A stretch of 64,000 nt of DNA, from contig OX597823.1 of assembly GCA_951406725.2 (NCBI GenBank), positions 70,556,001 through 70,620,000 of the forward strand. The letters are read 5' to 3'. The position numbers were made by a program, and so were the translations under genes. Below are positions 1-11,081 of the stretch, in pieces. Origin of the DNA: Octopus vulgaris. Lineage: Eukaryota. Each line of letters opens with the position of its first letter. Positions within the stretch are counted from its first letter, which is position 1. Under the pieces are notes generated by a model. The model searched no databases. It was not told the origin of the DNA and was given only the letters and a program-made list of their open reading frames with translations.

Positions 1-18
1 ACCTGATTGAAAATGCTG

Positions 19-44
19 TCATCATCATCATCATCATCATCATC

Positions 45-95
<51 letters not shown>

Positions 96-127
96 AACAA
101 CAACAACAACAACAGCAGCAGCAGCAG
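19..127. repeat. Compound trinucleotide microsatellite (TCA)n(ACA)n(GCA)n
   Basis: Directly visible; explains the poly-S/T/A ORF 7..264. Confidence 0.95.
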
Positions 128-993
128 AACCGTCACACACACACGTTCTTTATCAAACGAAAAATATTTCCGCTCTTTCACAATACAACAACAGTTTTGC
201 TGCTATTTTGAGCAATTCCCGATGTCCAAATATGAAACTCTTTCTCCAAGGAAAGAAGCAGTAAGAACTAGACATGTTTCACGAAACGGCTTCTCTCTGC
301 TGGCCACTATATATAGAATCAAATAAAGAATAAAAATATTTATAACTGTCTTCAAAAAAAAAAAAAAAAAGAAAAAAATGAAGAAGGATTTCAGCCATCA
401 TCAAATCCTTATAAGAACAGCTAGAAGAAGCTTTGTTATATGATGTGTGGTGGAAATCGTCTCTCTGGAGAAGGGAAGATTGTATGAATCCGTTTGCATA
501 ATTTTGATATTGAACGCACAGCCCAAATATAGGCTAAAGGGGTTAAGGCACATATCCACACCGACAGGTATGCTTCAATATTTAGGCCAAAGAGATACAG
601 GCGGGGTGGTGTAAGTCAAGGGTACCGGCAACGTTTGTGACTTCTGGTTTGTTGAGTATCACAGGACTAGAAGGTGATCAGTGTGTGACAAAGGACGATG
701 AGTAATTAGGAGGAGTTAGAATGAATTTGCAGGAACTAATGACCTCGAAAGCAATAGGGCCATTCTGGAGCAATGCCTTATTGCAAGAGCAGAACCTTTG
801 AGAGCCGCTGTAAAAGGTTTAGTTGTTAACCTGTGGAAGCAAGGGACATCTGGAGGTCATTTGCCCTGAAGAACTAGAGAAGGTAAGAAGAAAGGTAAAT
901 TGTAAAGAGCAAAAGAAGCAACGACAACAACATCAGGTCCAATCTCTGAGACACGTTCTGCTTCATCAGCTGCACAATCAACATGAACAGCAA

Positions 994-1375
994 GTGGAGG
1001 CTCAATGGCCCAGTGGTTAGGGCAGCGGACTCGCTGTCGGAGGATCGCGGTTTCGATTCCCAGACCGGGCGTTGTATGTGTTTATTGAGCGAAAACACCT
1101 AAAGCTCCACGATGCTCCGGCAGGGAGTAGTGGCGACCCCTGTTGTACTCTTTCGCCCCAACTTTCTCTCACTCATTCATCCTGTTTCTTGTCCCCGACT
1201 TCCTACGCAACCGCTGAGCCTTGATGCGCATTCATCTATCCGTCGATGATCTCGGTGTCGGGGGTTGACCCGCTTTCTCTTCTGCGGGTCTTACGAATAG
1301 CAAAGGACCACGTTTCGGACTTCTGCCATCTTGCGAGCTCTGGGACGAAGACCGTTCGCTCAACAGCAGTAACAG
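994..1375 (+). mobile_element. tRNA-derived SINE (Arg-like head; resembles octopus OR-type SINEs), tail variant A
   Basis: Head TGGCCCAGTGG (A box) ... GGTTTCGATTCC (B-box-like). 15-bp TSD caacatgaacagcaa at 979-993 and 1376-1390. 5' half shared with copies at 13031, 33689 and 40823. Confidence 0.85.
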
Positions 1376-1599
1376 CAACATGAACAGCAACAGCGGTGTA
1401 TCGCTCTGCTATAACCACCCTTACCACTACACTAATGATTTTCGCTGAAGTAAGGGATACCAGTATTACAAACATTGACAACACTATCACTACCATAATC
1501 ACAACAGCCATTGCTAAATATAGCACTAAATACAATTCAGTTAAACCGATAGACGGGGAATCCTTAATGAGGGCGAGGAAAATTGTATAACAAAACAGC

Positions 1600-2480
1600 C
1601 AATGCGCATTTTTGTTAGTGTCGAGAAAGTATTATTGTTTACAAATGCACCGTAAGTTGCAGAAACATCAACACCAAGACTGGTTCTATAGTAAACTTGA
1701 CGCATTGACAAGATAGAAATATTCGAGAAGCATACAAAATCACAAAACTTTTGCGTTTCGTGGCAATCGTTTTGAAACAATAGATGTAAGATTTACTTTC
1801 AAAGAAGAGACGCGTACCCACTCTCTCACCTTTTTAAAATATGAACAATGTTTCTTAATTTCTTCCCATATAGAGAGAAGGCTGGCAGAGGTGACATTGA
1901 AAGATGTTCTGCCAGAAATAGACATATGGGGGCTGATAGTGACATAGTAGGTGATGATGAAGAGATCATTCCAACACACAGAAAAGCTTCACCAGAAGAG
2001 CAGGTGGTCAGGAATTGGTATGGAAATGACCATATAAAATAATCTGAAAACAACGAGATAATCTTCGGTATCATACTCCCAAACTGTACGCAGCTATCAG
2101 CAGTGGTTGACGGTAAAAAAAGCCCTAGATGCCATCTATGCGGTCTGAATATTCATCTGGGGGCTTTCTACTACAAAAAAAATCAGGCAACAGACCCGCA
2201 CTGCTGCCGACAGCTCACGAAGAACAACAACGCTAATAATATGAACAACAGCAAAAATGACCACAACTGCAGTAGCAGCAGCAAAAGCAGAACGATCAAC
2301 AGTTGCAGCCACAAAAATCGAATCAACAGCTTCAGGAGCAGCAGCAACTTCAACAAAAGTTACAACAGCAACACATCCAACAACAACAGGTATCCCCAAA
2401 ATAACATCAGACCCTGATTTCAAACAAACCCCAAAAGGGAACTTCCCAGCAATACCTTCACCATCCATCATAGAAAAAAG
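1600..2480 (+). mobile_element. Decayed non-LTR ORF1-like remnant (zinc knuckle)
   Basis: VDGKKSPRCHLCG..H motif at ~2105-2160. Similar knuckles at ~825-870 (TCGSKGHLEVIC) and ~50235-50300 (KPRCHFCG). Many stops and frameshifts. Confidence 0.35.
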
Positions 2481-3229
2481 GTAGTGCGTAGGCACAAATA
2501 GTTATAGGCTCATCTCTCCCTCAACAACGACATTGTTTTCTTCATCAGAGATATCTCCAAGTGACAAAGCCGAGGGGAGAAGTCAAACAAATGCGTTAAT
2601 CTATGTGAACTTCAATTCGGAAGGGCCGTGTCGGTGTATGCAGTTGACGTCACTAGCGTAGTGATGGTCACATTGAAGTGGAAATGGTCGACACTGTTCT
2701 AATGAAATACGATACAGTAGCAGGGGTTATGATCAGCTCAGATAAGTCAGAGGATTTGGAGATCGGCACCTGGAAAAGTAGGTCCGTGTCGGCGGACAAC
2801 ATTGTTGGGCACAAGGCTAACGGACCAGTAAAACTGCCTGGGGTTTGATTTCAGATCTCGACTTCCAAGAGAGCCTGAATTTGGACGAGGTATGATGCAG
2901 TATAGTCTCTTCGAAAAATTTATTGAGAAAAAGCTTTTTATGAGATTCGGCGGGAGATGGCAGATTTGTTCATTGCTTCCATTTTTATATTATTTTCCTG
3001 CCTCACTGCTGTGCTTTGGAGCCACTGATATTCAATTCTTGTAGGAGGGGCTTTTTCGATCGGTCATGCAGTTCCTCTATTGTCAGCATCTCCTGCATGG
3101 TGGTTTCGGTATACACAGTGGCTGCGTTACCTGCATACATTCTTAGACGGTGGATAAGTATGGTTACCGTTTTTGAGGCACATGTTTTTTCTTTGCCTCT
3201 CTGATAGAGCTACATTCCTAGCTGAAGCA

Positions 3230-3670
3230 AAGTCCGTGAGTGAACGCTTGCGATTTAATAACGATAAGCAAGATCACTGGTTGTAACATTGATCTTATGC
3301 CCAAGGTCACTGAATACATACATAAACATCAGTACGAAGGATATCAGTTGAACATCTTAAAAACTTTTGTCAAGTGGAAACGGATTCGTAACAGTCTGGA
3401 TATCGTTGTTTGGGACAGATAAGGAAAAGAATGCATGTCAGTTGCCCTATTGATGCGAATGTCTATCTGAAAATCAAAGAGAAAGAGGGTAACTGCGAAC
3501 ATCTGCTTCGAACTTCAACTTCTATACACAAATTATAAATTCGCATTAATTGGTGCTCTTAGTTTTGTTAGTAAATGCATAAGAAGGAGTTTTTAGAAAA
3601 AGAAATCAACCAGCTAACACACATATTACAAACACAATCTGTATGTGGAAGAGTAAAACACATGATTTTT
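3230..3670 (+). mobile_element. 3' remnant of RLE-type (R4/NeSL-like) non-LTR retrotransposon
   Basis: DIVVWDR...SCPIDAN...KIKEKE...IGAL resembles the PD-(D/E)xK restriction-like endonuclease region; frameshifted. Confidence 0.6.
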
Positions 3671-3914
3671 CTCAAGGGCAAAATGTGAAATTTTTGTTAT
3701 CTACGTTCCAACGATGGAGCTTTGTATCTTTGTTGGAAAGCAGCTACTTCCTTACAGAAGACTTCAAATAATTAAAAGTAGAATAGAACATAATACATAC
3801 ATACATGCATACATACATACATACATACATACATACATACATACATACATACATACATACATACATACATACATACATACATACATACATACATGCATAC
3901 ATACACACATATTA

Positions 3915-4392
3915 CAAGTTGAGGTCCTGAGATATGCAACACACTGCATAAATACCAACCTTGAGAAATTAGGCTTCTCAAAACCAGAAAGGAGAAAGCT
4001 AATTCGATGACTACAGATCCAATCCATCACTGGAACTGTAAAAATCTGTAAAACTTTCCAGAAGTTTATCATTTAAATATATATGAGCATGTGTAGATAT
4101 GTAAATATATGCGTGAGAATACATACATAAACATACAAATCTGCACATACATTCATACATCCATCCATCCATCCATCCATCCATACATACATACATACAT
4201 ACATACATACATACATACATACATACATACATACATACATACATACAAACATACATACATACATACAAGCAAACAAGCAAAAATACCCTATTGTTGATGT
4301 TGAAATTCCAATGAAGGAACCTTGGATCTAGGCTAGAAACCGATTCTTTCTCTATTGGCAAGAAATCTTGAAATAAACTGAATAATGACATA
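3915..4392 (+). mobile_element. 3' end and UTR of RLE-type LINE, interrupted by (TACA)n/(TCCA)n
   Basis: ORF end ...[21 protein letters not shown] matches the minus-strand copy at ~5730-5830 (QIRSISNTVKICKTLQKF). Confidence 0.55.
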
Positions 4393-5729
4393 CATACGTA
4401 CGTACGTACGTACCTACCTACCTACGTGCATATGTATATAGTATGAGTTAAGGTGCATGACATATAACGAGTTTTAAGAGCTCTATGAGTCTTTATATTC
4501 TGAAAGAGAAAGCTGTGAAGAGAATTCGTGTTATTAAGTCCAAATGTCTTGCTTCTGGTCTCCATAGTTACAAAGATTGCTGAGAATGCATAAGAAAAAA
4601 AAAAGACAACACTGAAATTATTTACTTATACCATCCTTACACATGTTTCAGCGAATATTTCAAAGCCAACTGACACAGTTTTGGCTCGATGTAAATATTA
4701 CAAATTCATATCTTTAAAGTTAATTTCAGAATTGAGGTTTATTGTTTGTTTTTGAATATATAAACAGCAAAATTTACATTTAGAAGGCAATACATTGCTA
4801 GCTATTCTTTCCAAGATGGCAAATAACTGAAAACATTTTCAGAAAATGGACTGTAAAGACTTTTATAGCAGTGAAGAGTGTAATTGGTTGTTGTTGACTT
4901 ATATATATATGGTAATGACAAATATATACATTTACAAAGACTTACTGACCCAAATTTCGGCTTTTACACATACGCGCATTCAGACATGTATACATGTATA
5001 CACTAACTCACAACTACAAGTATATAAGTATATACATATAGAAATAAAATTATTAATAGTGACACACACTTTGATAAAATTTATTTTACTCTTGGATATT
5101 CATATTTAACAGCAATTGTTTCGCAGCTTAATAAACATGTATAAATAATTTATTTTATTATATTTTATAATAAATAATAAATTATCTACATGTCTGCATT
5201 AATATATATTTACAATTTTAAAATTAATACAGATAATAAGCTTGCTCGTCAGGTTAAAAGAATTCCATGTTTATAGCTCAAGATAACACTTCAAAACGCA
5301 GAGAGTCAGTTTTAGAAGCATGAAGATATGGAAGACAATAAGAATAAAAATAGGATTAATAAAACGGTTTTCTATAGAAGGGAGCGGAAATTTAGTAAGA
5401 TATTAAAAAGTAAATAGGAGGTGCCTTTGATATAAGTGAATGTTAAATATAAAAGAATGATTTTAAAAAATCATGTATTTAACATTAACAACATAGAAAA
5501 TAAAAGAATAGTAGACAGAGAAAAAACACCAAAATGAAACTAACTAAAAGTTTTTAGAGATTACATTTAAGAAATATAAGAATTGATGTCAACAAAAAAA
5601 ATATGAATAACATGGAATTAAATATTAGAAGACATTTTGAGTTAAGAGAGTTCCCAGTGTTTGTAAACATGTGGTTGAGTTAGTGTGTTGGTTGAACTGT
5701 CGATGCGTACACCCAAGTGTGTGCATCTA

Positions 5730-6420
5730 TTCACAAAAGAATCTCAGATGGAGAATTTTTGCAATGTCTTACAAATCTTAACTGTGTTACTAATAGAGCG
5801 TATTTGGAAAATCTGCGTCAGTTTCTTTTGCTCTTTCAAGATTCTTGTGCAAATTTGTCGGTACATAACCTAATGCATCTATGATGAGAATTCATAGTGA
5901 GGGTACAGGATCTATAAGTCCTGCATTAATTCGCCATAAACGTTCTCTTTTTTCTGGACTTTTGTTGGTACATTCACATCCGCCAGGCAGCTGACATCTA
6001 CAGAAGTGTATGACTTTTGTTCTCTATTCCACAGAGCAATATCAGATCTGTTATGTTTGCACCGAATCGATTTCTTACTGGGCTGTTCCTCTGATATTCC
6101 AGGTATTTAAAAGGTCTCAATACTTACTGGTTCTGAAATGTCTTTGACTTCAGAGCAGTCCTTTCCACGGATAGCAATGTAAATAGTATTTGCAACTACA
6201 TCATGCCTCAGGGGCAGGTAAGTATGTTGTAGACATTTGGGGGCAGATGCTGATGCTGTGGGTGATACCTTCCACACTGGTATAGCAGAGCTGACATTTT
6301 TTATCACAACGTGGTTCGGTGGTACCTTTGACCTTCACGTTTATCAGGTGTATATTTAGTTGCTATTTCCTGTTCCTGGATGGTGAAAGCAATTCCCTCT
6401 AGGTGGGATATAACGTATCT
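5730..6420 (-). mobile_element. RLE-type non-LTR retrotransposon C-terminal remnant
   Basis: YLPLRHDVVA (RHD motif after the CCHC region), CKHNRSDIALW..VDVSCLADVN (RPD...D endonuclease motif), ending TVKICKTLQKF. Confidence 0.65.
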
Positions 6421-6639
6421 ATCGCATGTCTAGGAGAGGCTACTCGTCCTGTCAAGGATGCTGTTTCCCTCTTGCTTACGGGATATGCACCTATGCATTG
6501 GTTTTTATTGGTATGATGCTTGCTTCTCCTCCAAACCTCTCTTTAGGTAGGCCAGTCCAGTTTCCTTTGGGTTGCACGAAACAGCTGTATTCTCAGAGTA
6601 TCTGCACAATAGTTCTCCAGCTCTGAAGGTGCTGTTGTT

Positions 6640-6696
6640 TTCTCTCTCTCTCTCACACACACACGTGTTCACGCACACACGCATGCACGCACGCAT

Positions 6697-6727
<31 letters not shown>

Positions 6728-6935
6728 TGCACGCACACACGCATGCACGCACGCACGCATGCACGCACGCACGCACGCATGCACGCACGCACGCACGCAT
6801 GCACGCACGCACGCATGCACGCACTCACGCATGCACGCACGCATGCACGCACGCACGCATGCACGCACGCACGCCCACACACACACACGCACACACACAC
6901 TCACACCACACACACACACTCACACACACACGCGT
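6640..6935. repeat. (GCAC)n/(GCAT) and (CA)n compound microsatellite
   Basis: Directly visible; explains the HART/CVRA ORFs. Confidence 0.95.
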
Positions 6936-7327
6936 ATAAATTTATGGTTGTAATCTTAGTATTATTTTTGAGCGTAGTTTGAATCAGCTAATATTTCTCT
7001 TTCTCTTTCTCTTTCTCTCTCTCTCTCTTTCTCTCTCTCTCTTTCTCTCGATATATGTATTCATATATTTGTGTGTATTTGCTTGCATGTCTGTGTGTGT
7101 GTGTGTTTTGCGCGCATGCGTGCATGTGTGTGTGTGTGTGCATGTGCGTGTGTGTATGTGTGTGTGTTTGAAGTGGTGCTTGTGTTCCCATGTGTCTTAA
7201 TGAATGAAAAATAACTACAAGAATGACAAAGCACCTGTTATAAATGCAATACAAAAGATTCATAAAATTCTGGAATTGTAAAATATTTGGAGAAAGTAGA
7301 GAAAGTAGAAAAGTGTGATGCTCTTAC

Positions 7328-7648
7328 CTGAATAGCATTTGTCACATTCCAACCAGCCTGCCAGGATGTGATTCGGTTTCTTTCTAATTTAGTATCCACT
7401 GCGTCCATAACAGGAGTTTGGTGCGGACTTCCTAAAGTTTGTTTACTATCTTTTACATCGGACATCGATGCACTGCCATTGCTTTCGTCTGTGATGCTAC
7501 CGAATTTTTTTTTATCGTCAAATATTTCTGTGAGCTCTTTCTCATTCTCAAACTGAGAATATTTGACAAAATGAACGGTTTCATCTGTTGAACTCTGTCG
7601 TATAAGCGACTTCAACTTTTCTATATAATATATGCTTTTCGCAGTCAT
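7328..7648 (-). CDS. SLC32A1: First coding exon (107 codons) of vesicular inhibitory amino acid transporter (VGAT/VIAAT/UNC-47)
   Basis: ATG-initiated ORF ending ITSWQAGWNVTNAIQ, matching the VGAT TM1 motif ITAWEAGWNVTNAIQG. Followed immediately by a consensus donor CAG|GTAAGA (phase 0). No downstream exon found in 1-7327. Confidence 0.88.
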
Positions 7649-7800
7649 TTTATAAATTTGGATTAGTTTGTTTTACCTAAATGTCAATATATATTTTCGT
7701 AGTACTCTTTCCTGTTTAAGAAAATTTCTTACCTTCTCTCCTTTTCTCCCCCTACATATACATACATATATGAATATACATATACATATACGTACATATA

Positions 7801-7876
<76 letters not shown>

Positions 7877-9107
7877 TATATATATATCACTTGGGTTCTA
7901 TTTCTCTATCTCCCTGTTTCACTCCTGCACATGCGGCTGTATTATAAGCCACTTTTGCATTCGGTTTTGCAACTTGGTGTCATAAAACTGCAAAAGAAAA
8001 AAATTGTATAATTGTTTTGATAAGAAGATTAAAGAAAATAAAAAAATGCATACCTAATACAAGAGCATTATCGCTTAAGTCTAGCACATCTCAGTAAAAG
8101 CGAATTAAAAGAAGAAAATGCTACCAATTAAATCTAACGGAATAAGCACCAGCTATGCCAAAGCAAGAAACGAATCACAATCGAGGTACCACAAATTTTA
8201 TATCATATTTCGACACATAAAGGTAGACAGAAAAAAGACCAAACAAAATTCTTCTTGGAACTGCATCTCTCATATATAACCACTATTAGCTACAAAATGT
8301 CATTTTTATTGAACCAATGAAAGGGCTTTTACTCGGTCGCTAAATCTTTTAGAAAAACCTGCGGGATCTCTCTCACATCCCATTCTACTATTTTAGAAAG
8401 GAAGTAGAAAGGGCACGACAGAGAATGGGGTTTTGGGTACACTATGTCTAAATTCAAAGCGGTATGTTCCAACGCATTGATTGTTAGATTATTTGATCAG
8501 AACTGACCTGGAGCAAATTTAATCATAGTTAAATACACCATTTCATCCCATTACAGTTTCCATTAGCTGGATACTTGAGACAACCACTTCGGTATTTCTG
8601 GTCCTTTCTTTTCATGATCTCCAAGATTGGTGTGGAGAATGAGAGAACTTTCTTCGGACTGTTACCTGGCCCTAAAAGCAAAAGATGCAACTCAAGACTT
8701 AAAAAAAAACGAACTGGTGTTAAACCGTGCGGCAGATAACATCAACCACCCCAAAGCAGGAACAGCCCCTCCAATGGACTTCTACAGAAAATGTGTCTAC
8801 AACGCAAAGTTATGGTAGGAAACACTTTTCCAATGTTCTGCGCAGTAGTGTCGAAAACGGAACCAAGTAGTTGCCAAGTGAGGTGCTTAACCATCCAAGC
8901 AAGCCTACACACATTGCTCGCTAAAAACTGACAATATTTCATAAAAGGCAAGTATCACCAATCTCAGTACAATAAGATATGTTTTTAATATAAGCCACGT
9001 ATCAGAAATTTTGGGAGAATTTATATGTTTGTACTTGACTGGTACTTTATTTTATCGACCTCGAGAGAGATGTGGAGGGGGAGGAGAGAGAAGGGAGGGG
9101 AGGGAGA

Positions 9108-9566
9108 GATGATGGTAAGTGAAATGTGTGAATTTTTAAAAAACCTTTACCTCCGTTACTTAGCCCGTCTGTAACGCTTGCACGTGATTAGTTGAAGGGA
9201 AAGGCGAAGAGCGAAAGAAAAGAGAGAGAAAGAGATAAAGAGGGTAAAGCGAAGAGTGAGAGTGAAGGAGAGAGAGAGATAAAGAGGGTAAAGCGAAGAG
9301 TGAGAGAGAAGGAGAGAGAGAGAGAGAGAGAGAGAGAGTGCTGTGTATTAAGTCTATAAAATTGTGCGTAAGTTATATATAAAGTGCATTAAGTAATCAT
9401 TGTATTCTAATTTCCTTCACTTTTCAATGATTAGCAAATGAACGACTATCTTTTGATACAAACACAACAGAGGGTACGCTTTCAGTTTTTTAAAAAAAAA
9501 CTTTTCAGATATAACTCAATAATAAGTTTACCATTAACTCCGTGGAATATTCACGGCTCCCACCAG
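9108..9566 (+). mobile_element. Non-autonomous Helitron-like element (copy 1)
   Basis: Homologous to the inverted copy at 42041-42440. Subterminal hairpin ccgtg-gaatatt-cacgg followed by ccag (degenerate CTAG). Confidence 0.6.
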
Positions 9567-9840
9567 AAAACTTCCTTAAGATCTGATCATCATCGTACAG
9601 AAGTAAACAAAACAGCAATAACCTGCAACGCATGAATACTTTTTTCAGATAATAAAAAAGCTGAGTAGCATAGTTTTACTAAGCCCAATGAAAATATAAC
9701 GCAAAACGAACTCTCATCAATTGTAAAACTGTCAAACGACGTTCACAACGTAAAACATACGGACGGTTATACATTGAAGTGAACAACTTTTCAAGCAAAC
9801 ATTACGAGCAGAGCGTATGAAAATACGTACAGAAATTATT

Positions 9841-9871
9841 ATCATCATCATCATCATCGTCGTCGCCGTCG

Positions 9872-9904
<33 letters not shown>

Positions 9905-9908
9905 CCAC

Positions 9909-9966
<58 letters not shown>
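9841..9966. repeat. (CAT)n microsatellite
   Basis: Directly visible. Confidence 0.95.
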
Positions 9967-9967
<1 letters not shown>

Positions 9968-10080
9968 AGATGCTATACATCATGCTTTAAAAGGCTGCTA
10001 CACACAGAGAAAGCTACCGTCATGTACAAGGATTCTCTTTGACCAAGGACAGTAGATCTCAAAAAGAAAAGTTAAAAAAT

Positions 10081-10425
10081 TGTGGCAAGAAATTTGCTGT
10101 CCGACCGCATAGTTCAGGGTTCATCCCCACTGCATGGTACCTTGGACAGGTATCTTCTTCTCTAGCCTCAAGCCGACCAAAGCATTGTGAGTGGATTTGG
10201 GAGACGTAAACCGAAAGAAGTTTTTCGTATATGTGTGTGTGCTTGTATTTGTGTGTGTGTTTGTGTGGATGTGTGTGTTTTTGTGCTAGTGTTTGTCCTT
10301 TACCATCGCTTGACAACTGGTGCTGGTGTGTTTAGGTTCCCGTGTCTTAGCGGTTCGCCGAAAGAGACCGATAGAATAAGTACGAAGCTTTAAAAAAATA
10401 AGTACTGCAGTCAATGATTCGACTA
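10081..10425 (+). mobile_element. tRNA-derived SINE with internal microsatellite (family B), diverged
   Basis: Homologous to 23372-24221 (ggttcagtcccactg...ccttgggcaag...gagaccgatagaataagtac). Confidence 0.75.
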
Positions 10426-11081
10426 AAATTCGACTATTATCCGTGAAAATCTGAAAACCTGCCACTCAACTGCAATCGGGACCCACTCTCCTTAAGGTAA
10501 TGTGTTGACTGCCACTTAATTTGGAACCGTCAGTGAAAGTGTATCAGGGTAACTGTACCTTTTCTCCCTTTTCCAGAATACTTTTCAAACCCAAGTCTCA
10601 AAAAAGAGACTAATCTTTCTATCTTATCTTAAACAGCAGTTCTAGTTTCCGCCAGTTGATGTGATTGAAACCAATAACCTCCTGACCATCCCGAGTGCCG
10701 AAAGTAAGTTTTGTTCGAAGTTTCCGACTTATCTAAATCTTTAAGTTTCTCATTAAAACTGCATCTTTACCATAATCAGGCGATACTATACATTGCAAAA
10801 GGTTGAAGTTTTCCAGAGTCCCCAAAATCGCACCTAATGATAATGATACAATTTTAAACTACGAATCTTTAAAAGTGAACAACTTACTTGGTTATGTGTT
10901 TAGGTTTTCTTTTTAACACATTTCAATTTGGCGTCAAAGTCTCTTAATATGTAAAGGAGAGTTTGTGTGTGTGTGTGTGTGTGTGTATGTGTGTGTGTGC
11001 GTGCGTATGTTCCATATGCATTCGAAAACTTAGTTTATATATATATATATATATTTGCGTTACAAGAATTTAACATTATAA

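Noticed and set aside
2530-2552. CTGATGA-A-GAAA on the minus strand
   Set aside because: No stem II, stem III or stem I pairing; chance match.
4300-4350. CCAATGA...GAAACCGATT hammerhead-like spacing
   Set aside because: The core lacks U4/G5 and stem I is unconvincing; more likely a LINE 3' UTR stem-loop.
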